64,000 nucleotides of DNA. Origin: an uncultured Candidatus Saccharibacteria bacterium (GTDB lineage Bacteria; Patescibacteriota; Minisyncoccia; Phycocordibacterales; UBA918). The notes below the pieces were generated by a model that did not search any database, was not told where the DNA came from, and was given only the letters and a program-made list of their open reading frames with translations. Of the stretch, positions 19,346 through 27,759 are shown one piece after another. The DNA lies in the NCBI GenBank assembly GCA_964399295.1, contig CAYNQD010000001.1:271672-335671 (forward strand), written 5' to 3'. Positions within the stretch are counted from its first letter, which is position 1; each line of letters opens with the position of its first letter. The translations under genes were made by a program, and so were the position numbers.

Positions 19346-22126
19346 CTATAACTCTTGTACATTACCAATAATACTAACTCGAGTGGTGGTGCTATAGGTG
19401 GTGCCGTAAATATTGGTGCAAGATAGCTCAAAGAGCTGAGTGTTGTGCAGAGTGGGAGTTATGACAGTGCCGCCTGAACGATTGGTCACAGGGTCAATAT
19501 CACCGTCAATTGAGGGGTTAAAGGAATCTATGGACCATCCCTGAGGACCGTTGATGACGCATCCAATATCCAGATTTAACATACTCCAGTTGATTTTGGT
19601 GGTTCTGCCGGCTCGGGTAATTTGCGGTATGGCCTGAAATTCAAATTCGGGATTGATGTTTAAATCAGAGCCGGAAGATTCATCACTACCACCAAAAGGA
19701 CTGTTTATGGAATTTGGACTTTCAAGTGTAATGGTAGCAGAGCGCGTTCTCGCTTCGTGAGTGGGACTTACATTGGGATAGGTTTCGGTACCATCCTCTC
19801 TGCGATTGACTTCAGAATAAACAGTAATCGGTACTCCAATCGGGATATTGTTTAAATAGACGGTCTGTATTTGTGGTTGATTACTACCGTTCCTTCTTAC
19901 AGCGGTTGCGGTTCCCCAAGTTCTATACGCTGGTATCGGAATATTATCGGTATGTAATCTAAGCTCATAATCAATAGTTCTATGAGCATTGTTTGGTAAA
20001 GATTCAGAAGACCAGTCGTAGAACGATAATAAAACACCCAGATTATCGTAAGTATGAGTAGCTTCTCTATAGATTAGAGATGAGGTAGAAAATCTTGGAT
20101 AAGAGTCTTCTTGTTCGTACCAATCTAGACGTAAAGTTTGATTTCTGAAGTCAAACACATACGGCTTAGTAGCGTAATAACCGATTGAACTACCTACTCC
20201 AGTGTCGTTTATGGCAAAGGCTTTGAAATGATATGTTGTATTGGGAACTAACCCCGTGAACGTGTTTTTTACTGAGTAAGGTAAAGGTGTACTGGTAGCT
20301 AGAGGCCCAAATAACTTACATCTGCTATTCCAAGCACTTAGATAGGCAGCATCCTCTAAATAGGACGGATTAAAATCTGCTATGCTTGAAGAATCAGTAT
20401 CATAACATATACCATACTGTGATATAGGCTGATTGCCGGCACTGGTGATTCGTATTCCCGGATTAAGTCTTGTCATTTCAGATATTTCTTGAGGGTTTTG
20501 GTATAAGACCGTGGGTATGGTAGTAGTACCTAAAGTATCTTCGTAAGGAGAAATAGCGGTACTAAATGACCCAATAGGAGAATGTCCCCAGCCAATCGTG
20601 TTTACCGCACTGGAGCGAAAATATATAGTGGCATTAGATGGTAGATCGGTTGGGTACAACCACCAATGACTGCTTCCGGGGTTGTAACCGCCACCAGTTA
20701 TTTGACATGTCTTACCGGGAGAGTTCTTGGTGCTAGCTGAGGTTGCACCTGGCGCCAGATAAGGAGCGCCTTCAACTTCTTCTAGGTCTGCCGGGTCAAT
20801 TGACCAACACACACTGACGGCAGTAGTGGGCACCGGATTAACGTCCGCGTTGGTAACAATACCATGACCCCTAAACGAACTATGTGTGAGCATGTCATAA
20901 CCACTGGAAACACTTGATGGAAAAGCTACGGCAGGTTTTTCCAGCGCACTGGATGCAATGTAGGTAACGGGAGTTGAGGTGGCGAAGTTCCCCACCCTGT
21001 CTCTGGTGACGTAGTAAAATTGATAATCAACGTCGCGCTCAATGCCGTTTAAGGTCACGGTGTCAGTACGAGAATTTTGTACCGGTCCGGAAAAGGTTAT
21101 GGGAGCAAAAGTGGTCGTAACTCCTCCTTTTACGATAAAAAGTTGCGCTTGATCCAGTCCGGCATTGGCATCAAATAAAGTTCTGGTGAAAGCTACTGTA
21201 GCCGACAGGCCGTCTGAGCTTACTTGCGTAACTTTAAAATCAGATAAAGTAACAGTGGGAGGGGTTTTGTCTACCAAAAAAGACATAGGGTGCGGCACGC
21301 CTGAAGCCGGAGTGCGGGAAAAAGTCCACATCTTTGCCGGCGCAGAGTATTTGTAAGCTTCGCTGTAGCCATTTAGGTCTTGATGAAAAGTCCAATAATG
21401 AGTACCTTCGGTCAATCCGTCGGGTCCGATGAAGCTGTTGTTGGCATTGAAACTGGCCGGGGCATCATTTAAATAGCTGTAATTTTGGTTGGTAGTATAA
21501 TTTGAAACGTAAATTTTAGTGGTAGCAACGGCGCTGGCGTTGAAAGAAGAGGCTGGAGGATTGGTATGGATAATAAAACTAGGGGTATCGCCAAATACTC
21601 CCCCGGCTGGTGAGATGGAAGAGGCTGATGGTGCGGAAGATGAAATGGTATCTACCTCAACATACCCACGAAAAGTATTTCCATAAAGCGATGACAATGT
21701 GCCATCCACGGAGTTTGGAAAAATACTGGGGGTGGTTATTGGTTTGTAATTAGTAGAACTATCAACCACTACTTGGATACCATTGACAGTGGGATCAAAA
21801 CAAATTCGGTTAGAAGTTTTGCTGCCGGTTTGGATTGATTGAAAGGCTACGTTGTCGTTGTTTATAGAGTTTCGTATATTGACATTCCAAGTACCGATGG
21901 AATTAGCTAGCTGGTTTTTGGTTCCTTTTTCTACCAGCCAAATCTCAATCGCAGCGCGGGTGGCAGGGTCGCAACCAGCTGGAAGATTGCTATCAACATA
22001 CTCAACCTTGCTAGCAAACCAACCAAATGAATCAGTGGCCAAGGCTCCGTTTGGAAAAAGTAAAACTATCAAAGCCAAACCAAGAGACAAAAATACTTTT
22101 GAAAATAAAGAAATCGAATAAGTCAT
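19346..22126 (-). CDS. large secreted multi-domain surface protein (926 aa), paralog of 15690..18533
   Basis: Signal peptide. N-terminal SFGWFASKVEYVDSNLPAGCDPATRAAIEIWLVE and C-terminal FELSCTNIYGTTYSTTTRVSIIGNVQEL align with the 947-aa paralog. Confidence 0.7.
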   Translation of the reverse strand: MTYSISLFSKVFLSLGLALIVLLFPNGALATDSFGWFASKVEYVDSNLPAGCDPATRAAIEIWLVEKGTKNQLANSIGTWNVNIRNSINNDNVAFQSIQTGSKTSNRICFDPTVNGIQVVVDSSTNYKPITTPSIFPNSVDGTLSSLYGNTFRGYVEVDTISSSAPSASSISPAGGVFGDTPSFIIHTNPPASSFNASAVATTKIYVSNYTTNQNYSYLNDAPASFNANNSFIGPDGLTEGTHYWTFHQDLNGYSEAYKYSAPAKMWTFSRTPASGVPHPMSFLVDKTPPTVTLSDFKVTQVSSDGLSATVAFTRTLFDANAGLDQAQLFIVKGGVTTTFAPITFSGPVQNSRTDTVTLNGIERDVDYQFYYVTRDRVGNFATSTPVTYIASSALEKPAVAFPSSVSSGYDMLTHSSFRGHGIVTNADVNPVPTTAVSVCWSIDPADLEEVEGAPYLAPGATSASTKNSPGKTCQITGGGYNPGSSHWWLYPTDLPSNATIYFRSSAVNTIGWGHSPIGSFSTAISPYEDTLGTTTIPTVLYQNPQEISEMTRLNPGIRITSAGNQPISQYGICYDTDSSSIADFNPSYLEDAAYLSAWNSRCKLFGPLATSTPLPYSVKNTFTGLVPNTTYHFKAFAINDTGVGSSIGYYATKPYVFDFRNQTLRLDWYEQEDSYPRFSTSSLIYREATHTYDNLGVLLSFYDWSSESLPNNAHRTIDYELRLHTDNIPIPAYRTWGTATAVRRNGSNQPQIQTVYLNNIPIGVPITVYSEVNRREDGTETYPNVSPTHEARTRSATITLESPNSINSPFGGSDESSGSDLNINPEFEFQAIPQITRAGRTTKINWSMLNLDIGCVINGPQGWSIDSFNPSIDGDIDPVTNRSGGTVITPTLHNTQLFELSCTNIYGTTYSTTTRVSIIGNVQEL

Positions 22127-22128
22127 AA

Positions 22129-22887
22129 CTAGATTGGTATTAGTTTGATAGAACCGGTAACGGTGATATTTGAAGCGTTGATTACGTTTGAATTAAGCTT
22201 ACCGATGCCTTGCGCGCGAACATTATCTGCTACTCGCAAATCACTAAAACGCATGTTTTTGTTGTTTATTATAATATTGGTACCACCGATTATATAAGCA
22301 GTGGCAAAACCGCCGCTCTTTAAAGCGATAGTGATAGTATTTGACTCGTTGTCTAAAGAAAAAATTGAACCCTCAAACACCAGAGTGGTTTCTTTGCTGG
22401 GTAGATTTCCGGCGTAGACTTCTTCTATTATCGTGATACCGCTGCTTTTTTGATTGGGGGCGATTATTTCAGTTAGTTGTATTGGCCCGTTTGTGCTGGC
22501 TTCAGTATAATCCCCAGCCTCTGGCTTGATGGCGGTCAGCGGCTGCTTTTGTTGAATTATTATTTCAGCCACTTCTTCATTGGAAACAACCACGGCCGGC
22601 TCGGAAGAAGTTTCTTCAATTACGGCTTTATTTTGTGTGCCAACGGCCTGTTCGTATACGTATATATTTTCCGCAGGCAGTTTTTTGCGCTCGGCTTCCA
22701 CTTCTTCAGTAGTCAAGATACTAATCTTTGGTATGACAAAAGACTCGTCGTACTCTACCGGCCCGACCGGCTTTAATGCCACATAGGCTATCGTAATAAC
22801 CACCGCGAATGTCAAAACCACGAAGAAGTAGGTTGTATTTCTTAAAACGGCGATTTCTTTTAGTCTTGATTTTATTTTAGGTAGCAT
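22129..22887 (-). CDS. single-TM protein (252 aa), paralog of 18544..19236
   Basis: N-terminal TM (YFFVVLTFAVVITIAYVAL). YDESFVIPKISILTTEEVEAERK and C-terminal MRFSDLRVADN...VTGSIKLIPI. Stop 2 bp from the start of the 926-aa gene. Confidence 0.6.
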   Translation of the reverse strand: MLPKIKSRLKEIAVLRNTTYFFVVLTFAVVITIAYVALKPVGPVEYDESFVIPKISILTTEEVEAERKKLPAENIYVYEQAVGTQNKAVIEETSSEPAVVVSNEEVAEIIIQQKQPLTAIKPEAGDYTEASTNGPIQLTEIIAPNQKSSGITIIEEVYAGNLPSKETTLVFEGSIFSLDNESNTITIALKSGGFATAYIIGGTNIIINNKNMRFSDLRVADNVRAQGIGKLNSNVINASNITVTGSIKLIPI

Positions 22888-22970
22888 ATAGTAAGACGTA
22901 AATAGACTTTGCTACATTGTAACAGTATTAAAGCAAACTGGCAGATGGGTTTGTTTATAAGTCTGTAAAT

Positions 22971-24209
22971 TTATTTATTTAAAAATGACTTTCGCGCTAG
23001 CTTTCTGTGATGCCCGATGGCAAATCGGTGTGCTTCGGCATTGCTTAAAAGAATTTCCAGCTCAAATTTTTTTTTGATATCGGGTGGGGCGATTAGGCGA
23101 GCTACTTGGTGGCGGTCGTCTTTGACGACCGCCACCACCGGAATCATGAGTTTGTGTTTGCGCAAAACCGCCTCGGCGGCGTTTTTTTGGATAATTCCCC
23201 CATCGACGACAATTATTTGCGGCTGCAGCCATTCGCTATGAGACAGTCTTCTTGTTAGAATTTCTTTTAGGGCGGCTGGATCGTTGGCATCAGACAAGCT
23301 TTTAATTTTAAATAACCGATATTCGCTTTTGACCGCTTCCCCACCCTCCACTACCGTCATTGCTCCCACCATGGATTGTCCCAGCAAATGTGCCACGTCA
23401 TAAGCTTCAATTCTGACAGTAGTGATATCACGATAATATTTGTAATCATCTTTGATTAAAGAAACGTCCTCGATGTGCTTAAGAGCAAAAATTTTTCTTT
23501 TAACCACCTGAGCTTTTTCAAACTCCTCGTCTTTTGCTAATTTAATCATTTCTCGTTCCAGCTCTTTGATAATTTGCTGTTTTTTACCTTGAAAGAAAAG
23601 TTTGATTTGACGAATGGTGGCTTTATATTCTTTCTCATTGCTTTGGTCGGGATAAAGACCGATTTGTTGGTTGAAGTCAATTCTTCCTTTAGCCAATTTG
23701 GTTTTTTCTTGTCCAACGACATTATTAGTGTCAAAAAACTTAAAAATTTTTTGCACGATTTTGAGAGCTTCTTTAAAAAGAGTACCGCTGGGAAATGGCC
23801 CAAATTCGTATTTTATTTCTTCCTGAGTAAATTTTTCCGTTAAATCTTTTCCTCTTATCACTAATACTCGCGGCCATTTTTCATTGGTAATTATTAGGTG
23901 ATTGTAGCTTTTGTCGTCTTTGCTGCGAGTGTTGTAGACAGGCTTGTGAGTGCGAATGAGATTGGTTTCCAAAATCAGCGCTTCAAGCACGCTGTCGGTA
24001 GCAGTAAATTCTACACTCTTGGCTTCGGTTATCATTTTTTTAATCAACTCCGAACGCTTTTCATCTATGTTGGCAGCGAAGTAGCTATTTACGCGATTTT
24101 TTAAAGAAGTGGCCTTGCCAATGTAGAGTATTTTTTTCCCAGCTCCCAGAAAAAAATACACCCCCGGCGAATCGGGTAAATCTTTTTTTACCAATTGAGG
24201 CTTGAGCAT
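22971..24209 (-). CDS. uvrC: excinuclease ABC subunit C (short form, 412 aa)
   Basis: N-terminal GIY-YIG domain (PGVYFFLGAGKKILYIGKATSLKNRVNSYF). C-terminal RNase-H-like endonuclease region. About 200 aa shorter than canonical UvrC (apparently lacks (HhH)2). Start 4 bp after the uvrA stop. Confidence 0.8.
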   Translation of the reverse strand: MLKPQLVKKDLPDSPGVYFFLGAGKKILYIGKATSLKNRVNSYFAANIDEKRSELIKKMITEAKSVEFTATDSVLEALILETNLIRTHKPVYNTRSKDDKSYNHLIITNEKWPRVLVIRGKDLTEKFTQEEIKYEFGPFPSGTLFKEALKIVQKIFKFFDTNNVVGQEKTKLAKGRIDFNQQIGLYPDQSNEKEYKATIRQIKLFFQGKKQQIIKELEREMIKLAKDEEFEKAQVVKRKIFALKHIEDVSLIKDDYKYYRDITTVRIEAYDVAHLLGQSMVGAMTVVEGGEAVKSEYRLFKIKSLSDANDPAALKEILTRRLSHSEWLQPQIIVVDGGIIQKNAAEAVLRKHKLMIPVVAVVKDDRHQVARLIAPPDIKKKFELEILLSNAEAHRFAIGHHRKLARKSFLNK

Positions 24210-24213
24210 GTTT

Positions 24214-26871
24214 TTATCCTTCCAATACTTTTTTTAGATATTGACCGGTAAATGAATTAGGATTTTCGGCCACTTCTTCCGGTGTTCCTTTGGCGACAAT
24301 ATCACCACCGGCTTCTCCTCCTTCTGGGCCGATGTCGATTAAATAATCTGAGCATTTAATCAGGTCTAAATTATGCTCAATAACCATGACAGTGTTGCCG
24401 CGGTTTACCAACGCTTGTAATATTTCAATCAATTTTTTTACATCCTCATAATGTAGGCCAATGGTGGGTTCGTCTAGTAGGTAGATGGTTTTTTGGGTGT
24501 GGGGCTTGTAGAGCTCGGTAGCGATTTTTACCCTCTGCGCTTCTCCGCCAGACAAAGTGGTGGCACTTTGTCCCAATTCCAAATAGCCCAGCCCCACCTC
24601 GACCAACGCATGTAGACGTTCTTGGATAGCCGGCACGTCGTTGAAAAAAGTGTGGGCTTCTTCTACTGTCATGTGCAATACTTCGTTAATATTTTTCTTG
24701 CGATAGGTGACTTCCAAAGTTTCTTTGGTGAATCGCTTGCCATCACAGACATCGCAAGTAACATAAACTGTAGGTAAAAAGTGCATTTCGACAGCGATTT
24801 CACCATTACCCTGACAAGCTTCGCAACGCCCGCCTTTGACATTAAAGCTAAAGCGGCCCGGTTTCCAGCCACGAGCGCGGGATTCGCTGGTAGTGGCAAA
24901 CATATCCCGAATATGAGTGAAAGCGCCGGTGTAGGTAGCGGGGTTGCTTCTTGGTGTGCGACCGATTGGTGATTGATCTATCAAGCACGAACGGCCGACG
25001 TATTCCGTGCCAGTGAAAGTTTTGCAGTTGTAGGTATGGGGCGTGCGGTATCGTTTTTCCAGACGAGACTTCAAATTTTTATCAATAATTTCATACATGA
25101 AAGTTGATTTGCCGGATCCAGAGACACCGGTAATGCCAATCAATTTTCCTAAAGGGATATCGACATTCAAGTTTTTGATATTAAAGGCCTTACCACCACG
25201 GATTTTAATTGCACCTTTTTCGGAAGTGCGGCGCTCGGGAATTTTAATCTTTTTTACACCTCGCAGATAATCTAAAGTAACAGACTTGGAAGGATTGGTG
25301 GGAGCTGCCAGCAGCTTATCTAAATAATCAGAAACAATCACTTCCCCACCGTGTACACCGGCCTTGGGGCCGATATCAATTAAATAATCGGATGCAAAAA
25401 TAGTATCTTCGTCGTGTTCAACCACGATGATGGTATTTCCTAAATCACGCAATTCGGTCAAAGTTTTAATCAAACGGTCATTGTCGCGCTGGTGCAAACC
25501 GATCGTGGGTTCATCAAGCACATACAAAGCCCCCACCAAGCCAGAGCCTAGCTGTGAAGCCAGTCTGATGCGTTGTGCTTCCCCTCCGGATAAAGTGTTG
25601 GCTCTTCTGTCTAAGGTAAGATATTCAATACCTACATTATTCATAAATTGCAATCGCTCAATAATTTCACGCAAAGCCGGCCAGGCAATGTCTTGCTGTT
25701 TTTTGGTAAGTTGAAGTCGGTCAATAAAAGCCGTAGCTTCTTTAACGGTCATGCTGGTGAAGGCCACAATGTTTATTCCCAAATCTTTCTTGCCATCACC
25801 ACCAAGATACACTCTAAGCGCCTCCGGCCGCAAACGAGCACCTTGGCAAGACGGACAAACATCACTCTGGAAAATTCCCACCACACCCAAGCCATTACAT
25901 TCCGGACAAGCTCCGTAAGGTGAATTAAAGGAAAACAGTCGTGGCTCTACCTCTGGAAAAGACGAACCGTCTATCGGGCAAATAAACTTTGCGGACAAAG
26001 TGCGAAAACCTCCGTCCGGACTTTGAATTTTAACCAAACCTCCCGATTGTACCAAAGCTAATTCCACTGCTTCCGACAATCTTTCTCTTGAGCCTTTAGT
26101 ATCATCAGTAAATTCACTAACGTAAATTTCATCTACCAAAACATCAATGTCATGGCGCTTGGTCTTGGTGAGAATAATTTTTTCCCTGAGCTGTTTTATT
26201 TCTCCATCAATCCTGACAGTCTCAAAACCTTTACCTAGAAGGTCATAAAGCAGTTGATAATATTCTCCCTTTCGCCCCACCACCACCGGAGAGAAAATCG
26301 ACACTCTACCTTTGGATAATTCTATACCCATTACTTTTTCGGACTGTTTCTTGGTAGCTTCTTTAACTTCTCTGGTCTCAATTGAATTTAGAATTATGCC
26401 CAGGATTTCGTCTTGTGATAATTTTTGAATGGGAACGTCCACGTCAAGACAGTACGGTTGCCCGACACGTGCGTAAAGAATTCTCAGGTAATCATAAATC
26501 TCAGTGATGGTAGCGACTGTCGAGCGCGGGTTGCGGGAAGCGGATTTTTGGTCAATGGAAATAGCCGGAGACAAGCCGCTAATTTCGTCCACGTCAGGTT
26601 TTTGGAGTTTGTTTAAAAACTGTCGGGCGTAGGGCGAAAGAGATTCGACATAACGCCGCTGCCCCTCGGCAAAAATGGTATCAAAAGCCAGAGATGATTT
26701 GCCAGAGCCGGACGGGCCGGTAATGGCAATCATTTTACCGCGCGGCATGGAAACATCAATATTTTTTAGGTTGTGAGTCCTGGCTCCACGAATGATAATT
26801 TGACTATGGTCTTTATCTACGCCGCTCACTTGCCAAGTGGTCTTTGGTTGGTTGTCAGATTTTTTTGCCAT
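24214..26871 (-). CDS. uvrA: excinuclease ABC subunit A
   Basis: Two ABC ATPase modules with Walker A GPSGSGKSSLAFDTI and GVSGSGKST, zinc-finger Cys pairs, and UvrA-typical N-terminus IIIRGARTHNLKNIDVSMPRGK. Confidence 0.95.
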   Translation of the reverse strand: MAKKSDNQPKTTWQVSGVDKDHSQIIIRGARTHNLKNIDVSMPRGKMIAITGPSGSGKSSLAFDTIFAEGQRRYVESLSPYARQFLNKLQKPDVDEISGLSPAISIDQKSASRNPRSTVATITEIYDYLRILYARVGQPYCLDVDVPIQKLSQDEILGIILNSIETREVKEATKKQSEKVMGIELSKGRVSIFSPVVVGRKGEYYQLLYDLLGKGFETVRIDGEIKQLREKIILTKTKRHDIDVLVDEIYVSEFTDDTKGSRERLSEAVELALVQSGGLVKIQSPDGGFRTLSAKFICPIDGSSFPEVEPRLFSFNSPYGACPECNGLGVVGIFQSDVCPSCQGARLRPEALRVYLGGDGKKDLGINIVAFTSMTVKEATAFIDRLQLTKKQQDIAWPALREIIERLQFMNNVGIEYLTLDRRANTLSGGEAQRIRLASQLGSGLVGALYVLDEPTIGLHQRDNDRLIKTLTELRDLGNTIIVVEHDEDTIFASDYLIDIGPKAGVHGGEVIVSDYLDKLLAAPTNPSKSVTLDYLRGVKKIKIPERRTSEKGAIKIRGGKAFNIKNLNVDIPLGKLIGITGVSGSGKSTFMYEIIDKNLKSRLEKRYRTPHTYNCKTFTGTEYVGRSCLIDQSPIGRTPRSNPATYTGAFTHIRDMFATTSESRARGWKPGRFSFNVKGGRCEACQGNGEIAVEMHFLPTVYVTCDVCDGKRFTKETLEVTYRKKNINEVLHMTVEEAHTFFNDVPAIQERLHALVEVGLGYLELGQSATTLSGGEAQRVKIATELYKPHTQKTIYLLDEPTIGLHYEDVKKLIEILQALVNRGNTVMVIEHNLDLIKCSDYLIDIGPEGGEAGGDIVAKGTPEEVAENPNSFTGQYLKKVLEG

Positions 26872-26901
26872 ATAGGTTATAAGAGTATAGCAGTTTTGTT
26901 C

Positions 26902-27741
26902 TTAATCACTTTCTAAAATAATTCTCACCAAATCATTAAGATCGGTCATGGCTTTCACTAGAAAATGTTTGACTCCCAGAGAGTAAGCTAAATTTTTATC
27001 TTCCCCGTTATCTTTATTGGAAAATACCACTACCGGAGTTTGCGCGAATTTAGGCAAGGCTCTTAATTCTTTCAAAACATCGAGGCCATTTTTTCCTGGC
27101 AACATGATGTCAAGAATGATGATGGTTGGTTCGTACTTAATGGCCATGTCTTTGGCATCATTTCCGTTGTGGCAAAATTGGTATGGTATTTTGCTTTTTG
27201 CCAATCGTACCGACAGCAAGCTTCTAAGCAAAGGATCATCTTCCACCACCATGACTTTTATTTTTTTGTCTCCCGCGTACTGGTCTGTCGGCGCAACTGA
27301 AATTTCGGATATATCAAACAAATCCTCAGCAGCATCGGCTTTACTTACCAAAAAAATGTTTTCAATGGTTTTAATTAAATCCATCAAATCAATTCCTAGC
27401 TTCGGCACCACGTAGTCAACGTCATATTTATTTTGATCCTCATCATCGGTTACAAGGATAATTGGCAAGTCATCTTCATTATTGTCCCGTATATTTTTTA
27501 CTATATCTGAATTTGAGCCGTTTTTATCTTCCGATGATTCTATCAAAACCAAATCCGGCTTGTAACTCTTGATAGTGGCGATGCCTTGTTCGATAGTGTC
27601 ATTGATAACAATGTCGATGCCCGCGTAGAGAAACATTCTTTCAATCATGTTTAAAAAATTGTTGTCGGTACCAATGAGCAATATTTTCTTTCCTAACAGA
27701 GCATGTTTTTTGTTTTTCATAAATATTATTTTATAGGACAA
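26902..27741 (-). CDS. stand-alone response regulator with tandem receiver domains (N-terminal pseudo-receiver plus canonical REC), no output domain
   Basis: Second domain has the acidic pocket VMVVEDDP, phospho-acceptor context IIILDIMLPGKNG and conserved Lys. First domain has Glu at the acceptor position (DLVLIESSED) and lacks the DD pair. Confidence 0.75.
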   Translation of the reverse strand: MSYKIIFMKNKKHALLGKKILLIGTDNNFLNMIERMFLYAGIDIVINDTIEQGIATIKSYKPDLVLIESSEDKNGSNSDIVKNIRDNNEDDLPIILVTDDEDQNKYDVDYVVPKLGIDLMDLIKTIENIFLVSKADAAEDLFDISEISVAPTDQYAGDKKIKVMVVEDDPLLRSLLSVRLAKSKIPYQFCHNGNDAKDMAIKYEPTIIILDIMLPGKNGLDVLKELRALPKFAQTPVVVFSNKDNGEDKNLAYSLGVKHFLVKAMTDLNDLVRIILESD

Positions 27742-27759
27742 TTATGACATAAATAAAAC

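Noticed and set aside
15690-22126. The two ~930-aa paralogs as repeat-collapsed assembly artefact or CRISPR/mobile element
   Set aside because: The paralogs are clearly diverged at the protein level (roughly 30-40% identity by eye) and are not near-identical copies. No direct repeats, integrase or transposase flank them.
24669-26616. Multiple 60-95 aa ORFs on both strands inside uvrA
   Set aside because: They are embedded in a highly conserved, full-length uvrA reading frame and are shadow ORFs.
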